Source: Bradyrhizobium sp. | GTDB lineage: Bacteria; Pseudomonadota; Alphaproteobacteria; Rhizobiales; Xanthobacteraceae | DNA: 64,000 bases | Assembly (NCBI GenBank): GCA_035575945.1 | Contig: DATLXF010000055.1 | Coordinates: 3,727 to 67,726 of the forward strand | Direction: 5' to 3' | Part shown: piece after piece, positions 30,785 to 40,299 of the stretch | Layout of the letters: every line of letters begins with the position of its first letter | Position numbering within the stretch: position 1 is the stretch's first letter | The notes under the pieces: model-generated | Seen by the model: only the letters and a program-made list of their open reading frames with translations | Told to the model about the DNA's origin: nothing | The model's database searches: none | Translations under genes and position numbers: made by a program

Positions 30785-33094
30785 ATGGCGGCTCCCATCA
30801 AGTTCGGCGTTGGCCAAAGCGTGCTGCGCAAGGAGGATGACGCGCTCATCCGCGGCAAGGGCCGCTATACCGACGATTACGCGCCGCAGGCCGCGCTGCG
30901 CTGCCTCGTGCTGCGCTCGCCGCACGCGCACGCAAAATACACCATCGATGCGAGCCGCGCCCGCGGCCTGCCGGGTGTCGCGCTGATCCTGACGGCGGAC
31001 GACGTGAGGGATCTCGGCAATCTGCCGTGCCTGTTCAACCTCGAGACCGACCCGTTCACCGGCCCGCCTTACCCGATCCTGGCCAAGGACGAAGTGCGGC
31101 ATGTCGGCGACGCCGTCGCCTTCGTGGTCGCCGAAACCATCGACCAGGCCCGCGACGCGATCGAGGCGATCGATGTCAAGTGGAGCCCGTTGCCGGCGGT
31201 GACCGGCGTCGTCAACGCCATCAAGAAGGGCGCGCCGCAGGTTTGGCCGGACAAGCCCGGCAACGTGCTGTTCGACGTCTCGATCGGCGACAAGGCGGCA
31301 ACGGAAGCCGCCTTCGCCAAGGCGCATGCGGTGGCCGAGATCTCCATCGTCAATCCACGCGTGGTCGCGAGCTTCCTGGAGACGCGCGCCGCCGTCTGCG
31401 AATACGATGCCAAGCGCGACCATCTCACGCTGACGATCGGCAGCCAGGGCAGCCATCGTCTGCGCGACATCCTCTGCCAGAACGTGCTCGACATTCCCAC
31501 CGACAAGATGCGGGTGATCTGCCCCGACGTCGGCGGCGGCTTCGGCACGAAGCTGTTTCCCTATCGCGAATACGCGCTGATGGCGGTTGCAGCCAAGAAG
31601 CTCAAGAAGACGGTGAAATGGGCGGCCGACCGCACCGAGCATTTCATGGGCGATGCGCAGGGCCGCGACAACGTCACCACCGCGAAGATGGCGCTGGCTG
31701 AAGACGGCAAGTTCCTCGCCATGGATTGCGACCTCATGGGCGACATGGGGGCGTATCTGTCGACCTTCGGGCCCTACATCCCGCATGGCGGTGCCGGCAT
31801 GCTGCCCGGCCTCTATGACATCCAGGCGTTCCACTGCCGGGTGCGCACCATCTTCACCAACAGCGTTCCCGTCGATGCCTATCGCGGCGCGGGCCGGCCC
31901 GAAGCGGCCTACGTCATCGAGCGCCTGGTCGATGCCTGCGCGCGAAAGCTCGACATGACGCCGGACGCCATCCGCCGCAAGAACTTCATCCCGCCGAAGG
32001 CGCTGCCCTACAAGACGGCCACGGGCAAGGTTTATGATTCCGGCGACTTCGCCGCGCATCTCAAGCGCGCGATGGAGATCGCCGAGTGGAAGGACTTTTC
32101 CAAGCGCGCCAAACTCGCCAAGAAGGGCGGCCTGATCCGCGGCATTGGTCTTGCCAGCTATGTCGAGATCTGCGGCACCATGGGCGAGGAGACCGCCAAT
32201 GTGCGGATGGACCCCAACGGCGACATCACCGTGCTGATCGGCACGCAGTCGAGCGGCCAGGGCCACCAGACCGCCTACGCGCAGATCGTCGCCGAGCAGT
32301 TCGGCGTTGCCCCGGAGCGCGTCCACGTCCGTCAGGGCGACACCGACGAGATCAAGACCGGCCTCGGCACCGGCGGCTCGGCCTCGATTCCCTCGGGCGG
32401 CGTCAGCGTCGAACGCGCCACGCGCGAGCTCGGCCAAAAGCTGAAGGAGATTGCGGCGCAAGCGCTGGAAGCGAGCGCCGGTGACCTCGAAATCTCGGAA
32501 GGCCTAATCCGCATCGCCGGCACCGACCGCTCGATTTCCTTTGCCGATCTCGCCAAGCGGCCCGGAGTCGATCCGTCCAAGCTCAACGGCAGCGCGACCT
32601 TCGCCAGCGCCGACGGCACCTATCCCAACGGCACGCATGTGGCTGAGGTCGAGATCGATCCGGCCACCGGCATCATCAAGATCGTCAACTACGTGATCGT
32701 CGACGATTTCGGCAAGACGCTCAACCCGCTGCTGTTGGCCGGCCAAGTGCATGGCGGCGCCATGCAGGGCATCGGCCAGGCGCTGATGGAGCAGGTGGTG
32801 TATGGGCCGAATGACGGACAGCTCATCACCGCGACCTTCATGGACTACGCGCTGCCGCGCGCGGCCGATGGTCCCGCCTTCGTGTTCGAGACCAACAACA
32901 TCCCCTGCAAGACCAATCCGCTGGGGGTGAAGGGGGCGGGCGAGGCTGGCGCGATCGGCTCCTGCCCGGCGGTCGTCAACGCCATCGTCGATGCGCTCTG
33001 GCGCGAATACAAGATCGACCACATCGACATGCCGGCGACGCCGGAGCGGGTGTGGATCGCGATCCACGAGCACCACCGCCGCCACAGCCTTTGA
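30785..33094 (+). CDS. Xanthine dehydrogenase family molybdopterin-binding subunit (form II CoxL-like)
   Basis: R.ED..L..G.GRY.DD, GGGFGTK, AYRGAGRPE, GQGHQT, GQVHGG, KGAGEAG. Confidence 0.92.
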   Translation: MAAPIKFGVGQSVLRKEDDALIRGKGRYTDDYAPQAALRCLVLRSPHAHAKYTIDASRARGLPGVALILTADDVRDLGNLPCLFNLETDPFTGPPYPILAKDEVRHVGDAVAFVVAETIDQARDAIEAIDVKWSPLPAVTGVVNAIKKGAPQVWPDKPGNVLFDVSIGDKAATEAAFAKAHAVAEISIVNPRVVASFLETRAAVCEYDAKRDHLTLTIGSQGSHRLRDILCQNVLDIPTDKMRVICPDVGGGFGTKLFPYREYALMAVAAKKLKKTVKWAADRTEHFMGDAQGRDNVTTAKMALAEDGKFLAMDCDLMGDMGAYLSTFGPYIPHGGAGMLPGLYDIQAFHCRVRTIFTNSVPVDAYRGAGRPEAAYVIERLVDACARKLDMTPDAIRRKNFIPPKALPYKTATGKVYDSGDFAAHLKRAMEIAEWKDFSKRAKLAKKGGLIRGIGLASYVEICGTMGEETANVRMDPNGDITVLIGTQSSGQGHQTAYAQIVAEQFGVAPERVHVRQGDTDEIKTGLGTGGSASIPSGGVSVERATRELGQKLKEIAAQALEASAGDLEISEGLIRIAGTDRSISFADLAKRPGVDPSKLNGSATFASADGTYPNGTHVAEVEIDPATGIIKIVNYVIVDDFGKTLNPLLLAGQVHGGAMQGIGQALMEQVVYGPNDGQLITATFMDYALPRAADGPAFVFETNNIPCKTNPLGVKGAGEAGAIGSCPAVVNAIVDALWREYKIDHIDMPATPERVWIAIHEHHRRHSL

Positions 33095-33191
33095 ACGGTG
33101 ACCATCCCCGCGGGGGGAATAAATGTCCACCGCGGGGGTGTATTGATGTGGCCCATCTCCCGAGACCTCGCCGAGCCGGAGAAAAATCCCG

Positions 33192-33641
33192 ATGAAACGA
33201 ACGATGATTGTCGCAGGCACCCTGCTTCTGGGTGCGGGCGCCGTGATGGCGCAGCAGGAAATTGCCGTCCAGCAGGACAATCTGATGAAATCGATCGCCA
33301 GGAACCAGTACGGCGTCCTGCAGAAGATGAGCAAGGGCGATATTCCCTTCGACAGGGCCGCTGCCGATCAGGCCATCGCCAGCATCGAGGCCGATGTTGC
33401 CAAGATCGCCAAGGTATTCGAGATCAATCCCAAGCAGGACGTGGTGAACGCCACCTACGGCAGCTCGCAAAAGGTGTGGCAAAACAAGGCCGATTTCGAC
33501 TCGAAGATTCCACCCGTGCAGAAGGCGATCGCCGACTCCAAGGGTAAGATCACCGACGTTGCGAGCTTGAAGGCGGCCTATGCGACGATCAACGATCGCT
33601 GCAACGAGTGTCACGAGACCTATCGGGTCAAGTTGAAATAG
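33192..33641 (+). CDS. Class II cytochrome c (c'/c556-like)
   Basis: Signal peptide, helical body, C-terminal CNECH heme motif. Confidence 0.9.
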   Translation: MKRTMIVAGTLLLGAGAVMAQQEIAVQQDNLMKSIARNQYGVLQKMSKGDIPFDRAAADQAIASIEADVAKIAKVFEINPKQDVVNATYGSSQKVWQNKADFDSKIPPVQKAIADSKGKITDVASLKAAYATINDRCNECHETYRVKLK

Positions 33642-33665
33642 CTGGGCGCAGAGACGTGGGACTTG

Positions 33666-33700
33666 CGAAAGGGCGGTTGCGGAAGCGGCCGCCCTTTTCG
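33666..33700 (+). terminator. Terminator-like hairpin after the cytochrome c gene
   Basis: cgaaagggcggttgc-ggaa-gcggccgcccttttcg. Confidence 0.65.
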
Positions 33701-33712
33701 GTTGCCTCCAAT

Positions 33713-33799
33713 CGTAGCCCGGATGAGCGAAGCGACATCCGGGGACTCTTGGCGCGCTGACGGCGTGTCCCGGATGTCGCTTCGCTCATCCGGGCTACG
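33713..33799. repeat. GTAG-type REP doublet (REPIN-like)
   Basis: Perfect 31-bp inverted arms cgtagcccggatgagcgaagcgacatccggg / cccggatgtcgcttcgctcatccgggctacg. Confidence 0.9.
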
Positions 33800-34000
33800 C
33801 GACCGGAGACCGGTCGACGAGTCGCGCAGTTCAAGGTGAAATTTCGTACGCAAAGGTCTGACGTATCGCTGCCGGAGCGGCTATCTTTCCTTCAATTGCC
33901 GCGACGTCGACGAGAGCTGTCGGAACCAGCGCATCCGCTTCAGATGGCCTCATCACGCGATGACCAAAGCGCCGCGAGCAAACCAACAGCGAGACAGGCC

Positions 34001-35284
34001 ATGGCAAAACCGTTCCCGTCGAAGACCCATATCGGCAACCATATGCTGCATCCGGAAACCCTGATGCTGACCTATGGCTATGATCCGCAATTGTCCGAGG
34101 GCGCGATCAAGCCGCCGGTATTCCTGACCTCGACCTTCGTGTTCAAGACGGCCGAGGACGGGCAGGACTTCTTCGACTACGTCGCCGGCAGGCGCGAACC
34201 GCCGGAAGGCATGGGCGCGGGCTTGGTTTATTCGCGCTTCAATCACCCCAACAGCGAGATCGTCGAGGACCGGCTCGCGATCTACGAGCGCACGGAGAGT
34301 TGCGCGCTGTTCTCATCCGGCATGGCGGCCATCGCAACCACGATCCTGGCCTTCGTTCGCCCGGGCGATGTCATCCTGCACTCGCAGCCGCTCTATGGCG
34401 GGACGGAAACCCTGCTGACGAACACGCTTGCGCGCCTGTCGATCGGCGCCGTCGGCTTTGCCGACGGCGTCGACGAGGCGGCGGTCAGGCAGGCCGCGGA
34501 GGAAGCCATGGCCAAGGGCCGGGTTTCGATGATCCTGATCGAGACGCCCGCCAATCCGACCAACGGCCTCGTCGACGTCGCGATGATGCGCCGTGTGGCC
34601 GACGAGATCGGCAAGACCCAGGGACACATCCCGATCATCGCCTGCGACAACACGTTGCTCGGGCCGGTGTTTCAGCGGCCGATCGAGCATGGCGCGGATA
34701 TTTCGCTGTACTCGCTCACGAAATATGTCGGCGGTCATTCGGACCTGATCGCAGGCGCCGCGCTCGGCTCGAAGGCGATCATGAAAGGCATCAAGGCGCT
34801 GCGCGGCGCCATCGGCACCCAGCTCGATCCGCATTCGTGCTGGATGATCAACCGCTCGCTCGAGACGCTGAGTCTGCGCATGGAGAAGGCCAACGACAAT
34901 GCGCGTCTGGTCGCGGACTTCCTGCGCGATCATCCGAAGGTGGCGAAGGTCCACTACCTCGGTCATCACGAGGAGGCTTCGCCGGCCGGACGTGTGTTTG
35001 CAAGGCAATGCCTGGGAGCGGGATCCACCTTCTCCTTCGACATCGCCGGGGGCAAGGCGGCCGCAGTGAAATTCCTCAACGCGCTGCAGATCCTCAAGCT
35101 GGCGGTCAGCCTCGGCGGAACGGAATCGCTCGCGAGCCTGCCGGCAACCATGACCCATTCCGGCGTTCCCGCCGACATCCGCCAGAAGATTGGCGTGCTC
35201 GATTCCACGATCCGGCTGTCGATCGGCATCGAGAACCCGTCGGACCTGATCGCCGATCTCACGCAGGCGCTGAACGCGGCTTGA
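34001..35284 (+). CDS. PLP-dependent Cys/Met metabolism enzyme (cystathionine gamma-synthase / methionine gamma-lyase family)
   Basis: [47 protein letters not shown]. Confidence 0.92.
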   Translation: MAKPFPSKTHIGNHMLHPETLMLTYGYDPQLSEGAIKPPVFLTSTFVFKTAEDGQDFFDYVAGRREPPEGMGAGLVYSRFNHPNSEIVEDRLAIYERTESCALFSSGMAAIATTILAFVRPGDVILHSQPLYGGTETLLTNTLARLSIGAVGFADGVDEAAVRQAAEEAMAKGRVSMILIETPANPTNGLVDVAMMRRVADEIGKTQGHIPIIACDNTLLGPVFQRPIEHGADISLYSLTKYVGGHSDLIAGAALGSKAIMKGIKALRGAIGTQLDPHSCWMINRSLETLSLRMEKANDNARLVADFLRDHPKVAKVHYLGHHEEASPAGRVFARQCLGAGSTFSFDIAGGKAAAVKFLNALQILKLAVSLGGTESLASLPATMTHSGVPADIRQKIGVLDSTIRLSIGIENPSDLIADLTQALNAA

Positions 35285-35300
35285 GCGTGACCGGATGATC

Positions 35301-35387
35301 CGGAGCCCGGATGAGCGAGGCGAACTCCGGGAGCCTACCCGAGTTGATGGTCCGTCCCCGGATGTCGCGTCGCTCATCCGGGCTACG
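35301..35387. repeat. Second, diverged copy of the GTAG-type REP doublet
   Basis: agcccggatgagcga...tcgctcatccgggctacg; same family as 33713..33799. Confidence 0.85.
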
Positions 35388-35428
35388 AAGCCGTCCTGCT
35401 CGAGAACCGAAGACCAGCGGCCCCGAGG

Positions 35429-35845
35429 TTACTTCGTCACCTGGCCGCGGATCTCGCCGGCCGGGTTCGCTGCGGTGTGGATGTTGATATAGTATTTGCC
35501 GCCGAGCAGATCGGCGGCCTGCGCGTCCGTGAGGGTCGCTTCGCCCTTGACAGGGCTCGAGGCAGCGTTCGGGATCGGGACGGCAACGCCGGCGTTCTTG
35601 CCGGCCTCGGCTGGCCCGTGGAAATGCGCCGCCGTGGCGGGCCCGGACAGGCCGGAATAGGTGACGGTCCAGGACAGCTTCTTGCTGGCAGCATCGTAAT
35701 CGAGATCGGCCGTCCCGGTGGCGCTGCTGGTGTTGGCGGGAACCTCGGACTTGCCGTCGAGCGTCGCCTTCAGCTTCTCGGCGTTCGCGGACCCTGCAAA
35801 GGCAACGGCACCGAGCGCGAACATGGCAATGACGGATTTGTTCAT
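35429..35845 (-). CDS. CHRD domain-containing secreted protein
   Basis: Signal peptide, LDGKSEVP, SGLSGPATAAHFHG, YINIHTAANPAGEIRGQ. Confidence 0.9.
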   Translation of the reverse strand: MNKSVIAMFALGAVAFAGSANAEKLKATLDGKSEVPANTSSATGTADLDYDAASKKLSWTVTYSGLSGPATAAHFHGPAEAGKNAGVAVPIPNAASSPVKGEATLTDAQAADLLGGKYYINIHTAANPAGEIRGQVTK

Positions 35846-35993
35846 GACATTCTCCCTGTTGAACCCGAAGGGCTGCCAACCTTCCAACAGCCGGCATTTC
35901 AGTTTATTCCGGTCTCCAGCCGGGGCGGGCTAAATTCTTCGTGGCTGGAGCCGCGGCGACGACGGTCGTAAGTTCGTCGCAACGAGTGAATGG

Positions 35994-36926
35994 ATGCGCA
36001 TCTTGCAACGAACAATTGTCGTGGCGCTGCTCGTCGCGGTCGGTGCTGCCGGCCTCTATTGGTGGTTCAGCGCGCCGGTGGTGGCGGCCGCGAGCGCGAT
36101 TCCCGCCCGCGCGCCCGATCTCGCCAATGGCGAGGTGATGTTCAACGCCGGCGGCTGCGCGTCCTGCCATGCCGTTCCCAATCAGCCCGATCGTCTCAGG
36201 CTTGGTGGCGGCGTCGCGATCCGGTCGCCGTTCGGCACGTTCTATGCGCCGAACGTCTCACCCGATCTGAACGACGGCATCGGTAAATGGACGGACGCCG
36301 ATTTCGTCAACGCGCTGATGTCAGGCGTTTCGCCGGCCGGACAGCATTACTTTCCCGCGTTTCCCTATACGTCCTATCAGCACGCCAGGCGCGAGGACGT
36401 GCTCGATCTGTTTGCGTACCTGAAAACGCTGCCGCCTGTGGCGGGCACGGTCCGCGACCACGACGTCGGCTTTCCCTTCAACATTCGGCGCAACATCGGC
36501 ATCTGGAAATTCCTGTTCATGGACGGCAAGCCCTTCGTCGCCGACGCCAGCAAGTCGTCGCCGTGGAATCGCGGCGCCTATCTCGTCAACAGCTTCGGCC
36601 ATTGCGCCGAGTGCCACAGCCCGCGCAATGCGTTGGGCGGCATCACCGCGAGCCAGCGCTTTGCCGGGGGTCCCAATCCCGAAGGCGAGGGATGGGTCCC
36701 GAACATCACGCAGAAGCGCCTCGGCGAGTGGAGTGTGAAGGATTTCGCCCATTTCCTGAAGACGGGTGAATTGCCGGATGGCGACAGCGCCGGCGGCGCG
36801 ATGACGCGCGTTATCAAGAACACCTCGCAATTGCCGGACCAGGATCTCGCGGCGATGGCCGAGTACCTCAAATCGCTGTCACCGGTAGATGGGCCGACGC
36901 CGCCGCAACGCCAGCCGGGCAACTGA
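35994..36926 (+). CDS. Membrane-anchored diheme cytochrome c
   Basis: N-terminal TM, CASCH and CAECH, FYAPN, PAFPYTSY, RGAYLV. Confidence 0.9.
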   Translation: MRILQRTIVVALLVAVGAAGLYWWFSAPVVAAASAIPARAPDLANGEVMFNAGGCASCHAVPNQPDRLRLGGGVAIRSPFGTFYAPNVSPDLNDGIGKWTDADFVNALMSGVSPAGQHYFPAFPYTSYQHARREDVLDLFAYLKTLPPVAGTVRDHDVGFPFNIRRNIGIWKFLFMDGKPFVADASKSSPWNRGAYLVNSFGHCAECHSPRNALGGITASQRFAGGPNPEGEGWVPNITQKRLGEWSVKDFAHFLKTGELPDGDSAGGAMTRVIKNTSQLPDQDLAAMAEYLKSLSPVDGPTPPQRQPGN

Positions 36927-36936
36927 AGCGGCAACG

Positions 36937-37182
36937 CTAGGCGGTGCCGAACGCCTTGAAGGTGATGATGGTGAGGGTGTCCTGGATGCCCGGCAGCACC
37001 TGCACCTTCTCGTTCACGAAATGGCCGATGTCGGTATCCTTGTCGACGTAGAACTTCACCAGCAGGTCGTATTGGCCGGCGGTGGAATAGATCTCGGAGG
37101 CGATCTCGGCTTCGGCAAGCGCGTTGGCCACCGTATAGGACTGGCCGAGCTTGCATTTGATCTGAACGAAGAAGGGAACCAT
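36937..37182 (-). CDS. Stand-alone Lrp/AsnC ligand-binding domain protein
   Basis: EIYSTAGQYDLLVK...GIQDT pattern; no HTH. Confidence 0.8.
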   Translation of the reverse strand: MVPFFVQIKCKLGQSYTVANALAEAEIASEIYSTAGQYDLLVKFYVDKDTDIGHFVNEKVQVLPGIQDTLTIITFKAFGTA

Positions 37183-37310
37183 CGCGGACACTCCGAAAGC
37201 GTAGTCTTCCGGCTAATAGGCCAAAACCGGCCGGATTTAGCAAGCGTGCTTGCCGGCTTCGGCGCGAGCTTGCTAAGACGGGCCATGGCTCGAAAACGGA
37301 GAAAATCGTC

Positions 37311-38111
37311 GTGACGACGCCGGTCGCACTCACCGTCGCCGGCTCCGATTCGAGCGGCGGCGCCGGCATCCAGGCGGACCTGAAGACCTTCGCCGCGCTC
37401 GGCGTCTACGGCGCCTCGGTGATCACGGCGCTGACGGCGCAGAACACGCGCGGCGTCACCGGGATTCACGCGGTGCCGGCCGGGTTCGTCACCGCGCAGA
37501 TCGACGCGGTGTTCTCCGATCTCGACATCGGCGCGGTGAAGATCGGCATGGTGGCCCAGGCCGACAGCATCGATGCGATCGCGGCCGCGCTGTCGCGCTG
37601 GGCGCCCCGGCACCTCGTGCTCGATCCCGTCATGGTGGCGACATCCGGAGACCGCCTGCTGGCCAGCGACGCCGTCGACGCGCTGCGCACCAGGCTGATC
37701 CCGGTGGCATCTGTCATCACGCCCAATCTGCCCGAGGCCGCGGCGCTGCTCGACGAACCGGTCGCGGCGAGCGAGGCGGAGATCGAAAGCCAGGGAAGGC
37801 GGCTGCTCGCGCTGGGCTGCCGGGCCGTCCTGATCAAGGGGGGGCACGGCGGGGGCGCGGAGAGCATCGACTATCTCGTCGGCGCCGACACCACGATCGC
37901 ATTAACCGCACCGCGCATAGCCACCCCCAACACCCATGGCACCGGCTGCTCGCTGTCGTCGGCCGTGGCGGCGGGGCTGGCCAAGGGCGTGGATCTGGAA
38001 ACCGCCGTGCGCGACGCTAAGGCCTGGATCAGCGCCGCGATCGGTGCCGCCGACCGCTTCAGCGTCGGGCACGGCCACGGGCCGATTCACCATTTCCACA
38101 AATTCTACTGA
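37311..38111 (+). CDS. thiD: Hydroxymethylpyrimidine/phosphomethylpyrimidine kinase
   Basis: AGSDSSGGAGIQADLKT, TAQNT, DPVMVATSG, THGTGC. Confidence 0.97.
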   Translation: MTTPVALTVAGSDSSGGAGIQADLKTFAALGVYGASVITALTAQNTRGVTGIHAVPAGFVTAQIDAVFSDLDIGAVKIGMVAQADSIDAIAAALSRWAPRHLVLDPVMVATSGDRLLASDAVDALRTRLIPVASVITPNLPEAAALLDEPVAASEAEIESQGRRLLALGCRAVLIKGGHGGGAESIDYLVGADTTIALTAPRIATPNTHGTGCSLSSAVAAGLAKGVDLETAVRDAKAWISAAIGAADRFSVGHGHGPIHHFHKFY

Positions 38112-38114
38112 TGT

Positions 38115-38225
38115 GGGCTTGCCCCGCTTGCGGGCGGGGGCTGTTGCTACCGAGGGATCGTCTCCGCATTTCTCGTCAGGCACACCGGGGAAGACACTTG
38201 TCCCCCGCAAGCGAGGGAGGGAGGC
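38115..38225. repeat. Degenerate cccgcttgcggg-type palindromic element
   Basis: ccccgcttgcggg...cccgcaagcgagggag; same family as 41340..41369. Confidence 0.5.
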
Positions 38226-38326
38226 ACCCACCCTGCGGCGCCATGTCGCCTGATTGTCGCATGCGACTGATATTCGCGGGGAGGGCGAGGCGAGGTTTGA
38301 TTCGTATCTGAGGGCGCCTCAAGGGT

Positions 38327-38344
38327 TGGTCATCCCCCTGTCAC
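38327..38344 (+). promoter_or_regulatory. Putative PHO box (PhoB site)
   Basis: TGGTCAT-cccc-CTGTCAC has 11-bp periodicity and resembles CTGTCAT-N4-CTGTCAT; about 25 nt before the ATG at 38368. Confidence 0.5.
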
Positions 38345-38367
38345 GGGACATTGTTACAGGCTGGCGC

Positions 38368-39180
38368 ATGGGAAGTTACGATGTGAGTGACGAGAGCCCG
38401 GAGCGGCGCTTTCGCACGTTGTTCATCTCCGACGTTCATCTCGGAGCCCGCGGTTCTCAAGCTGATCTTCTGCTCGACTTCCTGCGCTATCACGACGCCG
38501 AGACGATCTACCTCGTCGGTGACATCGTCGACGGCTGGGCGTTGAAATCGAGCTGGCACTGGCCGCAATCGCACAACGACCTCGTCCAGAAGCTGCTGCG
38601 CAAGGCCCGCAAGGGTGCCAAGATCGTCTACATCCCCGGCAATCACGACGAATTCCTGCGCAACTATTACGGCACGCATTTCGGCGGCATCGACGTGGTC
38701 GAGAACGCGGTCCACACCGGCGTGGACGGCAAGCGTTATCTCGTCATCCACGGCGACATCTTCGATCTCGTGGTGCAGAATGCGCGCTGGCTCGCCCATC
38801 TCGGCGACAAGGCGTACGACTTCGCGATCCAGATGAATCGCCTGGTCAACTTCTTCCGCCGCCTGTTCGGCGTTCCCTATTGGTCGCTGTCGCAATGGGC
38901 CAAGCAGAAGGTCAAGAACGCCGTCAATTATATCGGCGCGTTCGAGCAGGCGCTCGCTGCCGAGGCGCGGCGTCACGAAGCCCACGGCGTGATCTGCGGC
39001 CACATCCACTACGCCGTGATCCGCGACGAAGGCGGCATCCGCTACATGAATTGCGGCGACTGGGTCGAGAGCTGCACGGCCCTGGTCGAGCACGACGACG
39101 GTCATTTCGAGATCATCACCTGGGCGGATCATTTGCAGAAGCCGGCGGCGGTCCCGCAGGTCGCGGCGAGAGCCGCGTGA
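38368..39180 (+). CDS. plcP: LpxH-like metallophosphoesterase, probable phospholipase C PlcP
   Basis: SDVHLG, LVGDIVDGW, PGNHDE, HGD, CGHIH, NCGDWVESCTA; paired with a GT4 gene. Confidence 0.75.
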   Translation: MGSYDVSDESPERRFRTLFISDVHLGARGSQADLLLDFLRYHDAETIYLVGDIVDGWALKSSWHWPQSHNDLVQKLLRKARKGAKIVYIPGNHDEFLRNYYGTHFGGIDVVENAVHTGVDGKRYLVIHGDIFDLVVQNARWLAHLGDKAYDFAIQMNRLVNFFRRLFGVPYWSLSQWAKQKVKNAVNYIGAFEQALAAEARRHEAHGVICGHIHYAVIRDEGGIRYMNCGDWVESCTALVEHDDGHFEIITWADHLQKPAAVPQVAARAA

Positions 39181-39193
39181 TGGGGACCGCCTG

Positions 39194-40237
39194 ATGCGCA
39201 TCCTGGTCGCGACCGACGCCTGGCACCCGCAAGTCAATGGTGTGGTTCGGACGCTGACCAAGCTTGCAGACGCCGCCAAGGGATTCGGCGTCGACTTCAC
39301 GTTCCTGACGCCGCAATCGTTCCGCACCTTCGCGATGCCGAGCTATCGGGACGTGCGGCTCGCCATGCCGCGGCCGGCGCGCATCGCCGAGCTGATCGAG
39401 GAAGCCAGTCCCGACAGCATCCACATTGCGACGGAAGGGCCGATCGGCCTGATGGTGCGCCGCTATTGCCGCCAGCGCAAGCTGCCGTTCACGAGCAGCT
39501 TCCATACCCGTTTCCCCGAATATGTCCGCGCCCGCGTACCCGTGCCGGGCTCGCTGATCTGGCGGGCGCTGCGCCGTTTCCACGGTCCCAGCCGCGCCGT
39601 GATGGCGGCAACGCCCGCGCTCGCGCGCGAATTGACCGAGCGCGGTTTCGACAATGTCGTGCTGTGGCCGCGCGGCGTGGATACCGGATTGTTCCATCCC
39701 CGCGTGATCGATCTCTGCCTGCCGGCACCCGTGTTTCTTTCGGTCGGCCGGGTCGCGGTGGAGAAGAATCTCGAGGCGTTCCTCGCGCTCGATCTGCCCG
39801 GCACCAAGGTGGTCGTCGGCGATGGCCCCGCCCGCGCCTCGCTGGAAGAGGCCTATCCCGATGCGATCTTCCTCGGCGAGAAGCACGGCGAGGAACTTGC
39901 GGACATCTATGCGGCGGCCGACGTGTTCGTGTTCCCCAGCAAGACCGACACCTTCGGTCTGGTCCTGCTGGAGGCGCTCGCCAGCGGGCTGCCGGTCGCT
40001 GCCTTCCCGGTGAAGGGGCCGCGCGACGTGATCGGCGACGCACCGGTCGGCGCACTCGACCACGATCTGCGCAATGCCTGCTTCGCAGCGCTCGACATCT
40101 GCCGTCAGGACTGCGTTGAATTCGCCGCGAATTGCACCTGGGAAGTCTCGGCGCGGGTCTTCATCGACAGCATTTTGGCGGCCGGCGCGATGCTCCCCGG
40201 TCGGGCCGGCGCGGAACAGCCCCGCCGGGTGGCTTGA
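39194..40237 (+). CDS. GT4 glycosyltransferase (Agt-like glycolipid synthase)
   Basis: TDAWHPQVNGVVRTL, HIATEGPIG, FHTRFPEY, GRVAVEKN, FPSKTDTFGLV.LEA. Confidence 0.85.
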   Translation: MRILVATDAWHPQVNGVVRTLTKLADAAKGFGVDFTFLTPQSFRTFAMPSYRDVRLAMPRPARIAELIEEASPDSIHIATEGPIGLMVRRYCRQRKLPFTSSFHTRFPEYVRARVPVPGSLIWRALRRFHGPSRAVMAATPALARELTERGFDNVVLWPRGVDTGLFHPRVIDLCLPAPVFLSVGRVAVEKNLEAFLALDLPGTKVVVGDGPARASLEEAYPDAIFLGEKHGEELADIYAAADVFVFPSKTDTFGLVLLEALASGLPVAAFPVKGPRDVIGDAPVGALDHDLRNACFAALDICRQDCVEFAANCTWEVSARVFIDSILAAGAMLPGRAGAEQPRRVA

Positions 40238-40299
40238 GCGGGAGGATCCTCGCGCGGAGGTGTCTTGCCCCGCCCTCGTCGGCCGCGATAACATCGGCC

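Noticed and set aside
30785-33094. Calling this gene a true aerobic CO dehydrogenase (coxL form I)
   Set aside because: The active-site loop is AYRGAGR rather than AYXCSFR, and no coxM/coxS or accessory cox genes are adjacent.
33836-34000. Possible SAM-II riboswitch, or N-terminal extension, before the PLP enzyme
   Set aside because: No recognisable SAM-II core. The extension has no protein-like features, and ATG 34001 has a plausible RBS.
38368-39180. Calling this gene lpxH
   Set aside because: The GT4 partner and PHO-box-like site fit PlcP better, and many alphaproteobacteria use LpxI for that lipid A step.
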